A stretch of DNA of 64,000 bases from Podarcis pityusensis (GCA_964106645.2 OZ067042.1); one strand, 5' to 3'. Shown: positions 37,890-51,047, numbered from the stretch's first letter. The notes: generated from the sequence alone by a model not told the origin. A program made the numbers and translations.

Positions 37890-39485
37890 ACTGTGTACGC
37901 TTTTACTGCCAGTATTCTAGAGAGAAACTCAAGGAAATGGGGGAAAAAATCAACAGGAATTTTCAAGTCACTGATAAAGCGTGTGTGTGTGTGTGTTTGC
38001 TGCTTCCACACATTAACCGCATGGATTTTATGCGACGAACAAAAAAAAATTTAATTTAGCATGAGCCAGTTCTACAAGAGCATGGAAATTCACTTTCATT
38101 CACAGCATTGGAGAGTGTGCAATGGAGAACGATGCAGTGTATATACAAGATTCCCACACTGGAACAGCTTCGTTGAAGCAATTTGATGTCATCTGAAAAA
38201 AGAAATTCCTGTAGGATGAGGGGATGTAACGACACTGAAAAAATGGTTTAAACCACAGAAAGACACTAAAATTTACTAAAATCCACAACAGCTCGCCTTA
38301 TTTTTCTTGGACCCAAACTGTCAGGGTAATAAAATACTCTTTCGTTTTTTTCTCTTTTTTTAAGGAAAAAAATAACTAACATCAATAGTTTCACTGTAAA
38401 TAAATAACACTGTATAAATTCTAAGGAGAAGTAGAATAAATGTTGATAATTCTTAGCTCACAAACGGAATATTGCATTCATGTTGAACAGAAATCAGTGT
38501 CTCAAACGGCTACACCTGCAGGGGTATTCTGGGTGTATCTTCACAGATTCTTGTATATTTAGCGATTATAATGTTTGTATATGCAAAACGCTAGCTTGAT
38601 TTTAAAAAAATCTTTAAAATCTGCTGCAAATTTAATGATTCCTAAAATGAGGAATTCTGTAGTTCTGTGAAAAAAACATTTTTTTTCTTCAGAGTACTAA
38701 TATTTTGATGCATGCGATTCACCTTATTTTGATGAAATCTTTTCCAGTTTTGCAAACACTAGGCCGCAATGTGACAAATAAAACTCTGGGGGGTGCAATC
38801 AACCAAGCACAGCTGCTAAGGCCCCTCCCACCCCCCGGGCATTTAAATGGGGCTTGCAGTGGGCTCCAGCACAACCGCCACTGAAAACGAAGGCTGGTTA
38901 CACAGCAGCAGTGCTTGGCGGAGTGTGCCCTTTACCTGTAAACACAAAGCCCTTCATCTAATATTTGTTGCTGTTGCCAATTTTTTCAATGGAAACGACC
39001 TGAAATTTAAAGAAACCATAACATATACAGTAGTTGCATTATAGGGAGGGGGGTGCTATCTGTTCTTGCTTTATACCAGGGGGAATATGCTTGCAGCTTT
39101 TAGAAGTGGGTTGGTGCTCTTGTCAGCACAAGTTTGGGATATTTAAAAAAAAAAAAGAAATGAAGAGAAATTCTTAGCTAACAGACTGGCAGCACGCTGT
39201 AAAAATATTACTGTATTGTGTACTGGCTCTAAGATGTAGAATCTTTAAGTAAGCCAATCATCTGTAATCATTCTAGCAGTGTAATATTAGGTTGCTAAGG
39301 CTGCTGTGTTTTAAAGGGCATTTTTATTTGGGTTTTTGGTGAAATACTTTAATTTGTTAATTATCTTCATATGAAAACAGGTTTCATTGATAATAGCTCT
39401 AATTAAATATGTATGAAGAAAACACAAACACTGGATGATCTAGTTGATTATTTAAGCATAAAATAAATTGTGTTAAAACTCTTCA
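37890..39485 (+). other. ANK3: ANK3 terminal non-coding exon (3' UTR)
   Basis: Long pyrimidine tract 37845-37886 ending ctcaag|ACTG; AT-rich and repeat-poor; AATAAA at 38399 and 39462, the latter followed by GT-rich sequence. The 3' end is approximate. Confidence 0.65.
39462..39467 (+). terminator. Probable distal ANK3 polyadenylation signal
   Basis: AATAAA with downstream GU-rich tataggtatattgtggtattt; sequence character changes after it. Confidence 0.55.
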
Positions 39486-41250
39486 CTTATAGGTATATTG
39501 TGGTATTTATTCATACTCCTGTGGAAATGGTGGGAGTGGCGCATGTTGAAAATGTGGTTACAAAGAGAGACTGTATGCCCAAGTTTTCCTGCTCCCAAGT
39601 GGCATTGCCCTACCTTCTCTTCTCTGGGTCCCTCCCATCTCTTTGCCTTCATGCCTCCTCTGCCTGCTGCATTATTTCACATCTTCCCTCGAACTCCTGC
39701 CACCTCTTCTCTTTCTCTGATATTGGCTTCTTCTCATTTTGTAAGCCTTCAAGCTTCTCCTGATCCAGCTTCTGTCTCCTTAAGCTTTTCTTCTTCCACA
39801 CCTTCTTTCCCAGACTTACTGCTTGCATTCCTCCTTGACTTCATCACCTTCCCTCCATACACTGCTTGCTTCCATGTCATCCCTTTAGCTCAGGGTCTCA
39901 CCCCTGCTTCCCATCTTTCATTCCTGTGCAGTGAATGCTATTGGCTACTGATGTCAGGTTGGGCTGCTGATGTCATAGTGGCTCGCCTTATGATGGAACC
40001 TGTCTCCTGCCTTCAGTAGCAAAGCAATGAAGAGAAGACATGGGCAAACTCCCTTGCAGAAAAGTGGAAGATTATAGTAGCAGATTGAAAATGATGCATG
40101 GAGAACATCAACCATCAGTTCTTTGCTGAGTGCATTTCACTAGATGCACTGGAAGAATAGGTATTTTGCCTTTCTCTCACATGTGGAACACTTTCAGATA
40201 CAAGTGGTGTTTCTTGTACCATTTCTAGTAAGAACCATTACTCCAGGTTATGCACCAGCCATATGTTGGATAGGCAAATAAACAAATGTGCAAATAAAAC
40301 ATCCTCACAGGGCTTCTCTAAGTGCTTGGCTCACAGCTTCAGCTTCCTCCACTCTGTCCATCATTGTCCTCAGAGGGGAGTGTTGATCCCTTATGTCTTT
40401 TAATCAGTGTTCAGGTTCTTAGCTCATCCTTGGGGTACTCCAGAACAGTCATTATGATGATAAATATCCTCATATTATATTGATTTGGAACTTAAAACTC
40501 CAGAAGAATAAAAAAAAAATGCTGCACAACTTTGGGCTTCCAACCAGCAACTTGTAGCTTGCAATCAACACAGATAAGAGTCCGAAAATAGAATATAAGG
40601 CAAATGATCAATGCTCATTTAGTACGACTGAGCCATTTGCAACTTTTCAGGACTATTTTCCACAGCACGTAGGTGTGTAGTACCACCACTGGATTGTAAT
40701 CATAAATACTTAAATTCTATTAACATAGTAGCATACTGTTATCTCTCTTTAAAAGTATTAATTCTACTCATGGATTAATTCTACTCATGAATATTCATCA
40801 CTTGTTCTCTAGATTTAATTAGTACACGAGGACTTAAATAACTGCATGTGTGAACTATCTCTGTTGAAAAGTATTATTTCTGAGCTGAACTACACTAATT
40901 ATCACTTTAGTTATTTATACAATATAAAGCATTTGCTTTATCTCCCCACATATAAAAAATTGTCCATTTATTTTTGTAGGTAACTTGGGTGGCAATAGTG
41001 CACTAGTCTGGAACTAGTCAAGACAGCAGGCATGTAGCAAAATCCTGTCTCCCCCAGAGATTTATGGCTGTGTACACATTACCAGCTTAAGATGCAGCTA
41101 GGCCTTTCTTTTTATCAATTTAGATCAAATACAGTTTGTGGGAAAATGCATCAAAACACAGTATTTCATAGGAAATGACAGGATAGAAATAGATTGTAGC
41201 TAATGTTGTGTGTACACCTTCCCAAACTAGCAATGGGAGGTCATTGGATG

Positions 41251-41320
41251 CAGTGCTTTTCTTCTAGAAAAAAAGCTGCTGGTACTATGTACCCTTGAGA
41301 ACTCCCCGAAAAAAGCACTG
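41251..41320. mobile_element. Very short hAT-type MITE (70 bp)
   Basis: TIR CAGTGCTTTT / AAAAGCACTG; 8-bp TSD ATTGGATG / ACTGGATG (one mismatch). Confidence 0.75.
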
Positions 41321-43039
41321 ACTGGATGCAGATAAACAAAGAGGGTGTACACAGCATAATACAACAAAGCATACAATGTAACATCAGTGCACTACCAGTC
41401 ATCATAAAGGGCAGCCCAAGTGGAATGTGGTGGAGATCACCACAGCACCCAGAAATTGTGACATGGGTTTCACAGTAGCAGACATTACCAGGGCACAGAG
41501 GACAAAAAAATGTCAGGATGCTATTTTTGGTGGCAGCTAGACATCTCCAAACATGACTAGTTCCAGTCCTGGTCCCTATAGCAAAGAGGGTAATATAAAT
41601 GCAATGAATCACAGGTTGGTGGTGGGTTTTTTTTAAGCTGTATAATAATGCTAATTGGTCATACTATCTTCAACGTTTCCCCGTGTCTGGAGTTCTTTTG
41701 CAAGGTGTGTATTTTGTACAAAAGTCAAAGAAAGAGCAATCAAGAAAGTGTTGGCCGTTGGCAACAAAAACACTTGGAAAACTAAGAAAATTATCCCCAA
41801 ACATCTTGGTGCTACAATTGAAAGGTAAATTGCAGCGACATAAAATTACTCCAGCAATCTCCAAATCCACACTGTACATCTATAACGACTGACTGAAGAT
41901 GCTTTCCTAACAAGTGCTGTGAGCACTGAGAGTTCTGAGCATTTATGTGGAAATACTTTTATAAAGGCAATCTCTAACACTAAAATTAATATATGTCTCC
42001 ACCAGGATTTAGTTATTTTTGCTGCGGGGCATGGAAATTATTATGTTCTATATGTTGCAGCTGTATCTTAGAATCAAAAAGCACCTCAGCCCAGCTTACA
42101 CTTCAAATGCAAGAAATGCCCACTAACTAGCTTTCTCCAAACCTGCTTTAAATGTGGCCAGTACATATGGTTTGCGACTTTCCCTTTTAACAAGTGAAAT
42201 AACATGTTACATATTGCCAGAGCCATCCAGGTACTGTATACAATACAAACACTAGAATCAAACGATTCAAACCATTCCACAAACTCTCTGCTCAGGAATA
42301 TACTTTCCTGATACTGTGCCAATGTACATCAGCATTCATTATAACAAACTAAAATATTACTGGGGGAAATGCCTCCTACAGTCCTCGCATCCCACTCCTG
42401 GGACACAGTCAAGAATGCTAGAGAAGGTTCAGTGGACCTGCCTACGTGCCTTTTATGTTACAATCAACCAGCATGCCTAGCCAGATAAAGAACAAGCAAC
42501 AGCAATGGAGGTTATTCAAGGCCTACAGCATATCCCAGTCATTTCAACAGCAGTGCTAGGATCCTCACAGGTATTACAATCAGCCAGAGCAGCAACATCT
42601 AAGCTTATCCCTCCAGCAATGAAGAGTTACATACCTTACTCTTATGTGACACAACAAGGGGAGAAGGCAGACGTCTTGCTGATTGTTGGTGTTGCTTCAG
42701 CTTCTCTGTAAAAGATACAGGAATCAATATGACTATGACAGTACAATGAGTGGCAGAATTTTGCTCCTAGTGAAAAAGAAATCTATCATGTCTATTGGAA
42801 CCTTCATGTATTTCTTTTATAAAAGCAAGTTTCTATCACTCCTTGGGGGGGGGGTTCCCACCTTTTGGGGAGAGGGTTATTGTGCTTTAAACAGCTACAT
42901 GGCAGGCAGAAATTCAGCAGGTGAATGGTTTTTCATGTCTGCAACTTTATGTTGAGAAGCATACCCTGCTGGATTTCCACCTACTGTGTAACAGTTGAAA
43001 ATACAGGCACCTTGCAAAAAAGAAAAAGGGACTTCATAA

Positions 43040-44165
43040 TAAAGAGAAAATACTTTTTTCTATTTTTTCTGCTTTCTATATTTTCTGCTATTACTTTCTG
43101 CTTTCCTTATTTTAATTCCTTATTTTAAGTCTCTTAAATCCTATACCAATCTTTAACAATTTCAATTAATGCCTCCCTCCCTCCCTCCCCCACAACCCAG
43201 TACTTCCCTCCACCTGTGTGGGATCTTCTTTGCCTACTATTATTTTTGTTATTGTTGCGTTACTCATTTTATTTGTTATTCCATCCTTAGTATATTATCC
43301 TATCTCCTTGCACCTTTTAAACTTTTGCATATTAATTTTTAAGCTTCAGCACCAACTTTTTTCATGTATTTCTTAACACATTCCCACTCTTTATTAATTT
43401 TTTGATTAGAGCAGCCTCTGATTGATGCTGTTAATTTTGCCATCTCCGTGAATTCGAGAAGTTTGGCTCTCCGTTCTAATAATTCTGGTATTTTATCAGT
43501 TTTCCAATTTTACGCCACTACGATTCTGGCTGCCCTTGCGATTCTGGCTGCTGCGGTTGCGTAAAGGAATATATTCCTTTTATCCTTGGGGATGTCACTC
43601 AATACTAAACCCAGCAAAAATACCACTTTGCACCCCCACCACTTTTGGTACATCGTCCCCACTTCTGTTTTGCATCTCCGACAGAGATTTGATTGTTTTT
43701 TGTACATCTTTGATAGTTTTACTAGGGTGAGGTATCAGCGGTAAAACATCTTCATTATGTTTTCCTTATTCAAATAGCACACTGTAAAATTTATATCGGT
43801 TTTCCATAGTCTTTCCCATCTGTCTAAGTGAATTGTCTGGCCCAGCTCTTGTGACCATTTTATCATTGGTTCTTTTATTACCTCATCTTTCAAGGAGCAA
43901 GCTGTATATTTTCGATATTATTTTCCTATTTGGTTGCAGTAGTTCACTTTGTAATTTTGATGTTTTCTGTTCAAATCCTATTTTTTTATCTTGGTTGAAG
44001 ATATGCAATACCTGGTGATATTGTAGCCAGCTGTTACAATAGTTCCTAACCTTTTCATAAGGTCTTATTTTTACCTCACCATGCTCTTTTATTAGTAACT
44101 GTTGATATGTTGGCCAAACCTTCCCCATATTTACTCTTTTAAGAGAAAATATTTTTAAAAGGTGA
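43040..44165 (-). mobile_element. 5'-truncated L1-clade LINE (ORF2 C-terminus plus 3' UTR), degenerate
   Basis: Minus-strand translation CRRCKTEVGTMYQKWWGC (zf-RVT-like CxxC...HxWWxC) followed by FLYATAAARI...WK...EMAKLT; A-rich 3' end on the minus strand; stops and frameshifts present. Confidence 0.75.
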
Positions 44166-44551
44166 AAAAACAATTGCTCAGAAAGCAAGATGCTTTAATC
44201 AATAATATAGCTAGTGGTCTAGAAGTAGAACTCCACTCTTCAAAAGACTCTTGTCCTGTTTTACGAAACTGAGTAATTACCCTTGCCCAACTGTAAGGTT
44301 CTATATCAAATGAAGTTCTATGACTGCACTTATTCCCCCTTCCACTCCCTGGCCAGTAAATAAATAAAGCAGGAAAAAATAACTGCAGGAAATACTAGAT
44401 TTCAGGTTTCAAGCTGTTACTTCCTCTCCTCTCCCCAAAACATATTCCCTTTTTAAATGCATTATTTAAATACTAGCTTTTACCTAGCATAGTGCAAGTA
44501 TCTTCTTGTAAGGCACTCAACAGCACAATCCTAAGCATGTTTACTCAGAAG

Positions 44552-44688
44552 CAGTGCTTTTTTCTGGGGGGATGAATACCCCTAAACATTTTGTGAATCT
44601 AAGTTTGGTCTCATTGAGGGGCAGTATTTCAATATGAGTAGGAAAATGAGAGCACCACTAAACATTTTCTTAGGGGGAAAAAACACTG
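44552..44688. mobile_element. hAT-type MITE (137 bp)
   Basis: TIR CAGTG(C)TTTTTT / AAAAAACACTG; perfect 8-bp TSD CTCAGAAG at 44544-44551 and 44689-44696. Confidence 0.82.
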
Positions 44689-45595
44689 CTCAGAAGTAAG
44701 TCCTATTGAGTTCAGCGGGGCTGACTCCTAGGACAGTAGGTATAGCATTGCAGCCCACATCTTCCTCTCAAGTTCCACTGCAGGGCAAAATGCAGGCTAT
44801 GGTTTCCGTATCTCAGGTAACAAGCCACAATTTCCTCCAAACCACTTAAGAGCATAGCTTCCAAATGCTGCTGACATTTTGGTTCCTATTTTTCTGCCTT
44901 CTTTCATTGAAGAACAAGCTTATTGATGCAGCATGTATTTTTCCTGAGTCATTTGAATACTGAAAATTGAAAATGCTAGCATTTACAAGGAAAATGGGGC
45001 CTGCTGTCTGCTTTCCCAAAACCATAATGCCATCTGTAGTGTACTCTTTACAGCTATTTAATTGCAAGTCAGAGGGGAAAGGGGGGGGGTGTCTTTCAGT
45101 GATTGGAGCAGAGACTCTTAAGGAGAAAAATGCATTTAAAAAGCTTCTTAAATGAGTCTATAATGCAAATGTAAAACCTACTGTAGCTGCAATATACATT
45201 CCAAGTTCTCTTCTTTATTATCTCTTGCAGTATCAAAATTCACATGTGGCAAGGACAGAGGCTCTAAGCTGATTATAGCTGCATGTGTGGAAATCCTCGT
45301 AAGTTAGAGAGTGCCCTCCAGATGTAACCTACTGCCCTCCAGATGTTGAACTACCATCATTCCTCACAATTGGTCATGCTGGATGAAGTTTCTGGAAGTT
45401 GACTGAGAACACTCAATACATTTAAAACATGTTCCCCACCACCACAAAGAATCATGGGAACTGCGGGTTGTTTAGAGTGCTGAGGACTGTAGCTCTATGA
45501 GAAGTAAACTACAGTTCCCAGGATTCTTTTGGGCAGGGGGATGTGCTTGAAATGCATGGGGTGTCAGCAGCCAAGATTCTTCACAATCATTAAAC

Positions 45596-45721
45596 CAGTG
45601 ATGGCCAAACTTGGCCCTCCAGCTGTTTTGGGACTACAACTCCCATCATCCCTAGCTAACAGGACCAGTGGTCAGGGATGATGTCCCAAAATAGCTGGAG
45701 GGCCAAATTTGGGCATCACTG
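45596..45721. mobile_element. hAT-type MITE (126 bp)
   Basis: Long TIRs CAGTGATGGCCAAACTTGGCCCTCCAGCT / AGCTGGAGGGCCAAATTTGGGCATCACTG; perfect 8-bp TSD CATTAAAC. Confidence 0.88.
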
Positions 45722-46005
45722 CATTAAACACACACCAGTATAGTATTCAATGCCTCACAGTGCAATCCTGTGTCTACTCAGAAGCAAGTACCGCTGAATG
45801 CAACGGGCCTCGCTCCCAGGTAAGGGTGAGTAAGACTGCAGCCTCAGTCAGTATACAACACCAGCTCAAGGAGGTCTCCTTGCCACTGCCCCCAGAATGT
45901 TACAAGGTTTGTCTGCTTATGAATCAAAATGCCAAAGTTAAAGGGGGAGGGCTGATCCTATGCTTGGTTACTTGGAAGCTAGTCCTCCTAAGTTCAATGA
46001 GTCTT

Positions 46006-46365
46006 AAAGGTAAAGGTACCCCTGACCGTTAGGTCCAGTTGCGGACAACTCTGGGGTTGCACGCTCATCTCGCTCTATAGGCTGAGGGAGCTGACATTTG
46101 TCCACAGACAGCTTCCGGGTCATGTGGCCAGCATGACTAAGCTGCTTCTGGCGAACCAGAGCAGCACACGGAAACACCGTTTACCTTCCCGCCGGAGCGG
46201 TACCTATTTATCTATTTGTACTTTGACGTGCTTTCGAACTGCTAGGTGGGCAGGAGCTGGGACCAAACAATGGGAGCTCACCCCATTGTGGGGATTCGAA
46301 CCAGCGACCTGCTGATCGGCAAGCCCTAGGCTCTGTGGTTTAGACCACAGTGCCACCCACGTCCC
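46006..46365 (-). mobile_element. Sauria SINE, full length
   Basis: Highly similar to 1315-1663; TSD TCAATGAG(T/G)CTT at 45994-46005 and 46366-46377. Confidence 0.9.
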
Positions 46366-48085
46366 TCAATGAGGCTTTCTTGGGCATAAGTGTGCACAGG
46401 AAGTCTAATTTCTTATCCTTAGGAGGATGAAGCAGGGCAACTACATGACAGAATATGCCATTAGAGAACTATTAAATGAGGATTAAATGAGAAGACCTTT
46501 GTGGAGCAGAACAAACAAATAACTATTATGGTAAGAGATAATTAAATCCCACATACACCGCCATTACAAGAATTACTACTTTTGCTAAAAGCCAGAGCAG
46601 CTGCATAAATAATTGAATAACTACCAATTACGTGGGCTTTGTGAACAGGTGACTTGGGGAGCACAATGAACCAGCTTGCAGAGGCCAAATTTTCATTTTG
46701 AGAAAGCAGGCGTTGTGGGACATTTTAGGGAGCCTAGACGCGACATTGCCATTTTAAGGCTGACACAAAGTAAAGTCAGCCAAGTGCTCCTTCACACAAC
46801 AGTTTTTTGTCACATTGCTCCCTCCCACAATATGCCAGAGAACATAAGATTAGTTATCTGTACCTTTTCAGTTTCAACATTATGCAGCTGTTTAACACTT
46901 TCCTAAGATGCCTCACAGTGTTAAAATATGACAAGCAAACAACAGCAACATCTTACAAAAACTATCACACTATACCATCACACTGATTGGGACCTCATGC
47001 TGATGCTGGCTACTTAAAGAAGAGAAAAACTGGCCAACATGCCCTATCACAATTGTCACCACTTTCATGCGAAATGTGTGTTTTGTACCCTTAACAAATG
47101 TTTCTTTTTGTCTTATTTTGCCCTTCCCTCAAATTCAAGTGATGCCTCTAATCAGGCAGGCAAGCATTACTATATGCCAAAACTTCTTAGGATGTGGGAT
47201 GACTATCCTATAATTTCAGCTATGTATGTTTGTGCTATGTCCATCTGAAGCCCACCTGTTATTTCTTTTTTAAATGGGAGACACTCTTGTTAGCCATCAC
47301 CATTTGGGGATAAGGAAACATCAAAAGCCAGCTTGAGAATTCCCATGGAGAAGAATGGAAAATAAAACCTCAGCATTGACTCCTGCACATGCCTAATTAA
47401 TAGATTTTATCCCACTAATAGGGCATACAGAGATACTTGTATGCACCAAAGCACAAAATATTTCACCCATATGTATGGCCGTTCTTACATAAGGGCATCT
47501 GCATGGAGCACCAACTGCATCACAAGTTATTTTATCAACACGGTGAGAGGACACACCTTTCTTTCCCTCCATGGAAACAGGATCTTTTGCTCAGGCAACC
47601 ATCTCAAGTGGTATGTGATGATAAAAAAACAAAAACAAAGTTCATTTGAACAGAAAGTTGCTGCCTTTGAAATAACAGCAAAGGTCACAGAGCACAACAA
47701 CCACTCCTTCCATTTGAATATTGGGGGGGGGGGGGGGTTGCTTAGACACTTCCCAAGACTGCTCATATATGTGAAATGTACAGGGGGCTGCTTGTGTATG
47801 CTATTCCAGCACCTGACTTCTCCTGTTTCTTATTAACTATTCATGTCCTTAAGAAGCAGCAGAAAGGAGTCTCTTCAACAGTCAGCACCCTACTCCAGGA
47901 GAGAACACCCAACTGGCTCACATAAGCCTACCTTCATGTTTCTCCAGGCTTCTTTGGAAGGGCAGGATACAAATTTCATAACTAAAATGTTACATTAATG
48001 GCACAATCAGCAATCACAATTGTGTGTATATGTTTAAGTTAAATAGCAGCCCAAGTGTTGGGGTGGAATTTTCATAAGTACACTG

Positions 48086-48227
48086 AGTGGCTCAGTCAGT
48101 AGAGCAGGAAGGAGATTTAACCTCAGGGTTGTAGGTTCAAGCCCCACACTGGATTAAAAATTCCTGCATTGCAGGAGGTTGGATTAGATAACCCTCGTGG
48201 GAGCTTCCAACTCTACAGTTCTATGAT
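48086..48227 (+). mobile_element. tRNA-derived SINE with CR1-like tail
   Basis: A box tggctcagtcagtagagc, B box ggttcaagcc, and CR1-like 3' end ttccaactctacagttctatgat. Confidence 0.7.
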
Positions 48228-48425
48228 ATTCTTCCCTATTCATGATTTCTACAAAAATTGTCCCATTTGCTGAATGTAGCAATTAGCATTAGACATTGGT
48301 GCCGATCATAGCATTCTTTTTCTACTGCAAATTGCCATCTCCACAGCTGAAATTTAACTTTTTAAAACCCACATGTTCACTAATAATACCATTTAGTGGA
48401 ACACATAGTTAGCCCCTTAATAATA

Positions 48426-48651
48426 CAGTGGTACCTCGGGTTACATACGCTTCAGATTACAGACTCTGCTAACCCAGAAATATTTCCTCGGGTTAAGAAC
48501 TTTGCTTCAGGATGAGAACAGAAATTGTGCAGTGGTGGTGCAGCGGCAGCAGGAGGCCCCATTAGCTAAAGTGGTGCTTCAGGTTAAGAACAGTATCAGG
48601 TTAAGAACAGACCTCCAGAACGAATTAAGTTCTTAACCCGAGGTACCACTG
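48426..48651. mobile_element. Tc1/mariner (Tigger/pogo-like) MITE
   Basis: Perfect 18-bp TIR CAGTGGTACCTCGGGTTA with TA target duplication; no ORF. Confidence 0.88.
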
Positions 48652-50083
48652 TATAGTAACTAAAACAAAGCCAACATGCTGCTGCAGCAGACACATAGGG
48701 CTGCTACAGAAAACAGCAGCCTCATGCCTCTTACTCATCTTTCTCAAGTAACACTAAGGTCTCTCAACATTCAACAATAATTCATCAGACTGTTGAGTTT
48801 CTCTACCCCTCCTGCCCCACTTCACCGGCTGCCATCTGCAGGTTTAGAGAAACTTGCATCACTATTATGTCACATCACACATACAGCATCCCCTTAGATC
48901 AGGGGCCAACCTTTCTAGGTTCATGGTTAAATTGAGAGCCAAAAGAATTAAACTGAGCCTTGAAAAGCACATAGAGCTGAAAGAGGAAGTGGGAAAGGGT
49001 GTCGCTCTTCCAACTTCCTCCTTCAGCTCTGTACATTTCAAGGGATAAAAACACCACCCTCGCCATCTTGCAACTGAGGGAGCAGTGAGTGGGGCCTGGG
49101 GGTCGGCTAAGAGGTTTCAAAGGCACCAGGAGAAGACCTCAAAAATGCCACTATGCCTATGGGCACCATGTTACCACCCCCTGCCCCAGATGTAAGAAGA
49201 CTGGGGACAATCTAGCTGTAATTTAAGAGTACCACCAGGGGAAAATAAAGTTATTTGCACCATAGCAGAACCCTGTGTGCAGCAACCAAAAGATAAATAA
49301 ATAGCGGTATAAAAAACAAAAGCCAGTGCTCAAGGAGCTTAGCACTGAACTAAGTGGAAGGAATGCTGCAAGATCTGAGTTTCCACACTGGCTCTTTCAT
49401 ATTACCCACTACCACACCTTCTCTGCAGAACCTTGGCCAAGATAACAACCTTGTTCTCCCTTACATCTAGAAAGGATTGAGATGTTATCAAGTCATAGCA
49501 TTACAAAACAAATTGAACTTAAGAAAAAACAAGTCCACAATGCTGCTTAGATTTGGTGAATCTAAATTTGGGTCTGGTTACAAGTAAGAAGGCAGGACTC
49601 CACATTCACTTACGGACTCATTGTTAAAACTGTGTTTATGGAAGACAATCTTACTCGGCTATGAGTAATCACCAAAGAAGAATAAGCCTTTCAAATGAGC
49701 AAATGTAGGCATGCCTAATTCTGCAAAGGCTTGCATTCTATGCTGGATTTGTTTTTTCAAAACCAAAAATGGGGGAGTCTAATCTGGGACTGGGATCTTG
49801 AAGAAAAGAAGGCATGACTTTCAGGCTACGAGACCCCTTTTTAGATGTTTCTTTCATAACCGAATCCTGTCGTAAAACTCAAGCACAGCAGTAGACTAGC
49901 AGTGGGCTCTTATGCAAAGTTTACTCAGAAGTTTTACTGTGTTCAATGAGGCCATGTGTGCATTTATGAAACATGCCTCCACTGTAAACATGAGTGGGAC
50001 TGTGTTGTAGAGAAGGCAGAGCTGAAAGGAAATTTTGCTGAAGAGTGTATCCCTTCCGATGTCAATGAAACAAATAACTTGAT

Positions 50084-50211
50084 GGCTTTTAGAAGAAGTT
50101 TTTAATGTTTGATGTCTTACTGTGTTTTAATTTGTTGGAAGCCACCCAGAATGGCTGGGGTAACCCAGTCTGAAGGGAGGCTTATATAGTAATAGTAGTA
50201 GTAGTAGTAGT
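50084..50211 (+). mobile_element. Short L2-type 3' end with (TAG)n tail
   Basis: Homologous to 22671-22815 (ttttaatgtttgatgt...ggaagccacccagaatggctggggtaacccag). Confidence 0.65.
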
Positions 50212-51000
50212 GCATTCATTTTTCCATAGCGGCCTGCAAGTATTCTCCCTCACACGGGACCCCACCCATTTCCACTGCTTACTCTTGACAAGCCAGGCTC
50301 TTACGTGTCAAAAGTGCCATCTGAAATAAAACTTGGGTATGTTGCCATGGCTTTCTGCTTTAGTCGTGAGGTAACTTTACAACCCATAGGTCACGCAACC
50401 CGTGGCAGGGCAGTTACCCCGAAGTACCTGCTTGTGCACAAGGCCTGAGAGCGCCTAGCAAGGCAACCCCGCGCACCTTCCCTCAGAAGCCAGTCCAACC
50501 GGGGGTGGGTGGTGGTGGGCGACTTACTTTCTCATAAATATAACTCGGGCTGCAAGTTCTGGTGGGCCTGAAGGCCGTGCCGCCCGAAGCTCACCTGAGG
50601 CAGCGGCGGCGCTGCTTTACCTAGAGACTATTGACGACGCCTTTCTTTTTTTGGCGTGCAGATTGCGGTTCCGCCCAGGGAGGCGGCGGCGGCGGCGGCG
50701 CTGTCTCCGCCCAGGCAGCCATGGAAATTGGCTGTATCCGTTGCAGTATCCCTAGGCCGCGGCCGGCGTCGCTGTGGGCCCGCCGGGGGAAGCGGGCAGC
50801 TCCCTTCTTGGAGCCGAGCGAGAGCGGCATATTCGGCGCGGACGGAGCGTGCGCCAGCCTCTCGTCGCTTGCTCGGCCCAGGCGGTGAGCTTCGGCCGCC
50901 GACCCCGCCTCCGTGCCTCGCAGCAGCAGCAGCACAGCCGCGGCAGCCGCAGCTGCCCGAGAGGCGGGCAGAGGAGCAGGAAGGCGCGCTGAGGTGTGTG

Positions 51001-51021
51001 CAGCAGCAGCAGCAGCAGCAG
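51001..51021 (+). repeat. (CAG)7 in the CCDC6 5' leader
   Basis: Read directly; a shorter (CAG)4 lies near 50921 and (GGC)6 at 50682-50699. Confidence 0.9.
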
Positions 51022-51047
51022 GAGCCGCCGCCTCCCCAGGGCCGGGT

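Noticed and set aside
39498-40019. 173-aa ORF after the ANK3 poly(A) signal
   Set aside because: Low-complexity pyrimidine-rich DNA with a non-ATG start, no recognisable domain and no clear splice context.
48086-48150. tRNA-like sequence
   Set aside because: A degenerate SINE head joined to a CR1-like tail; no intact cloverleaf.
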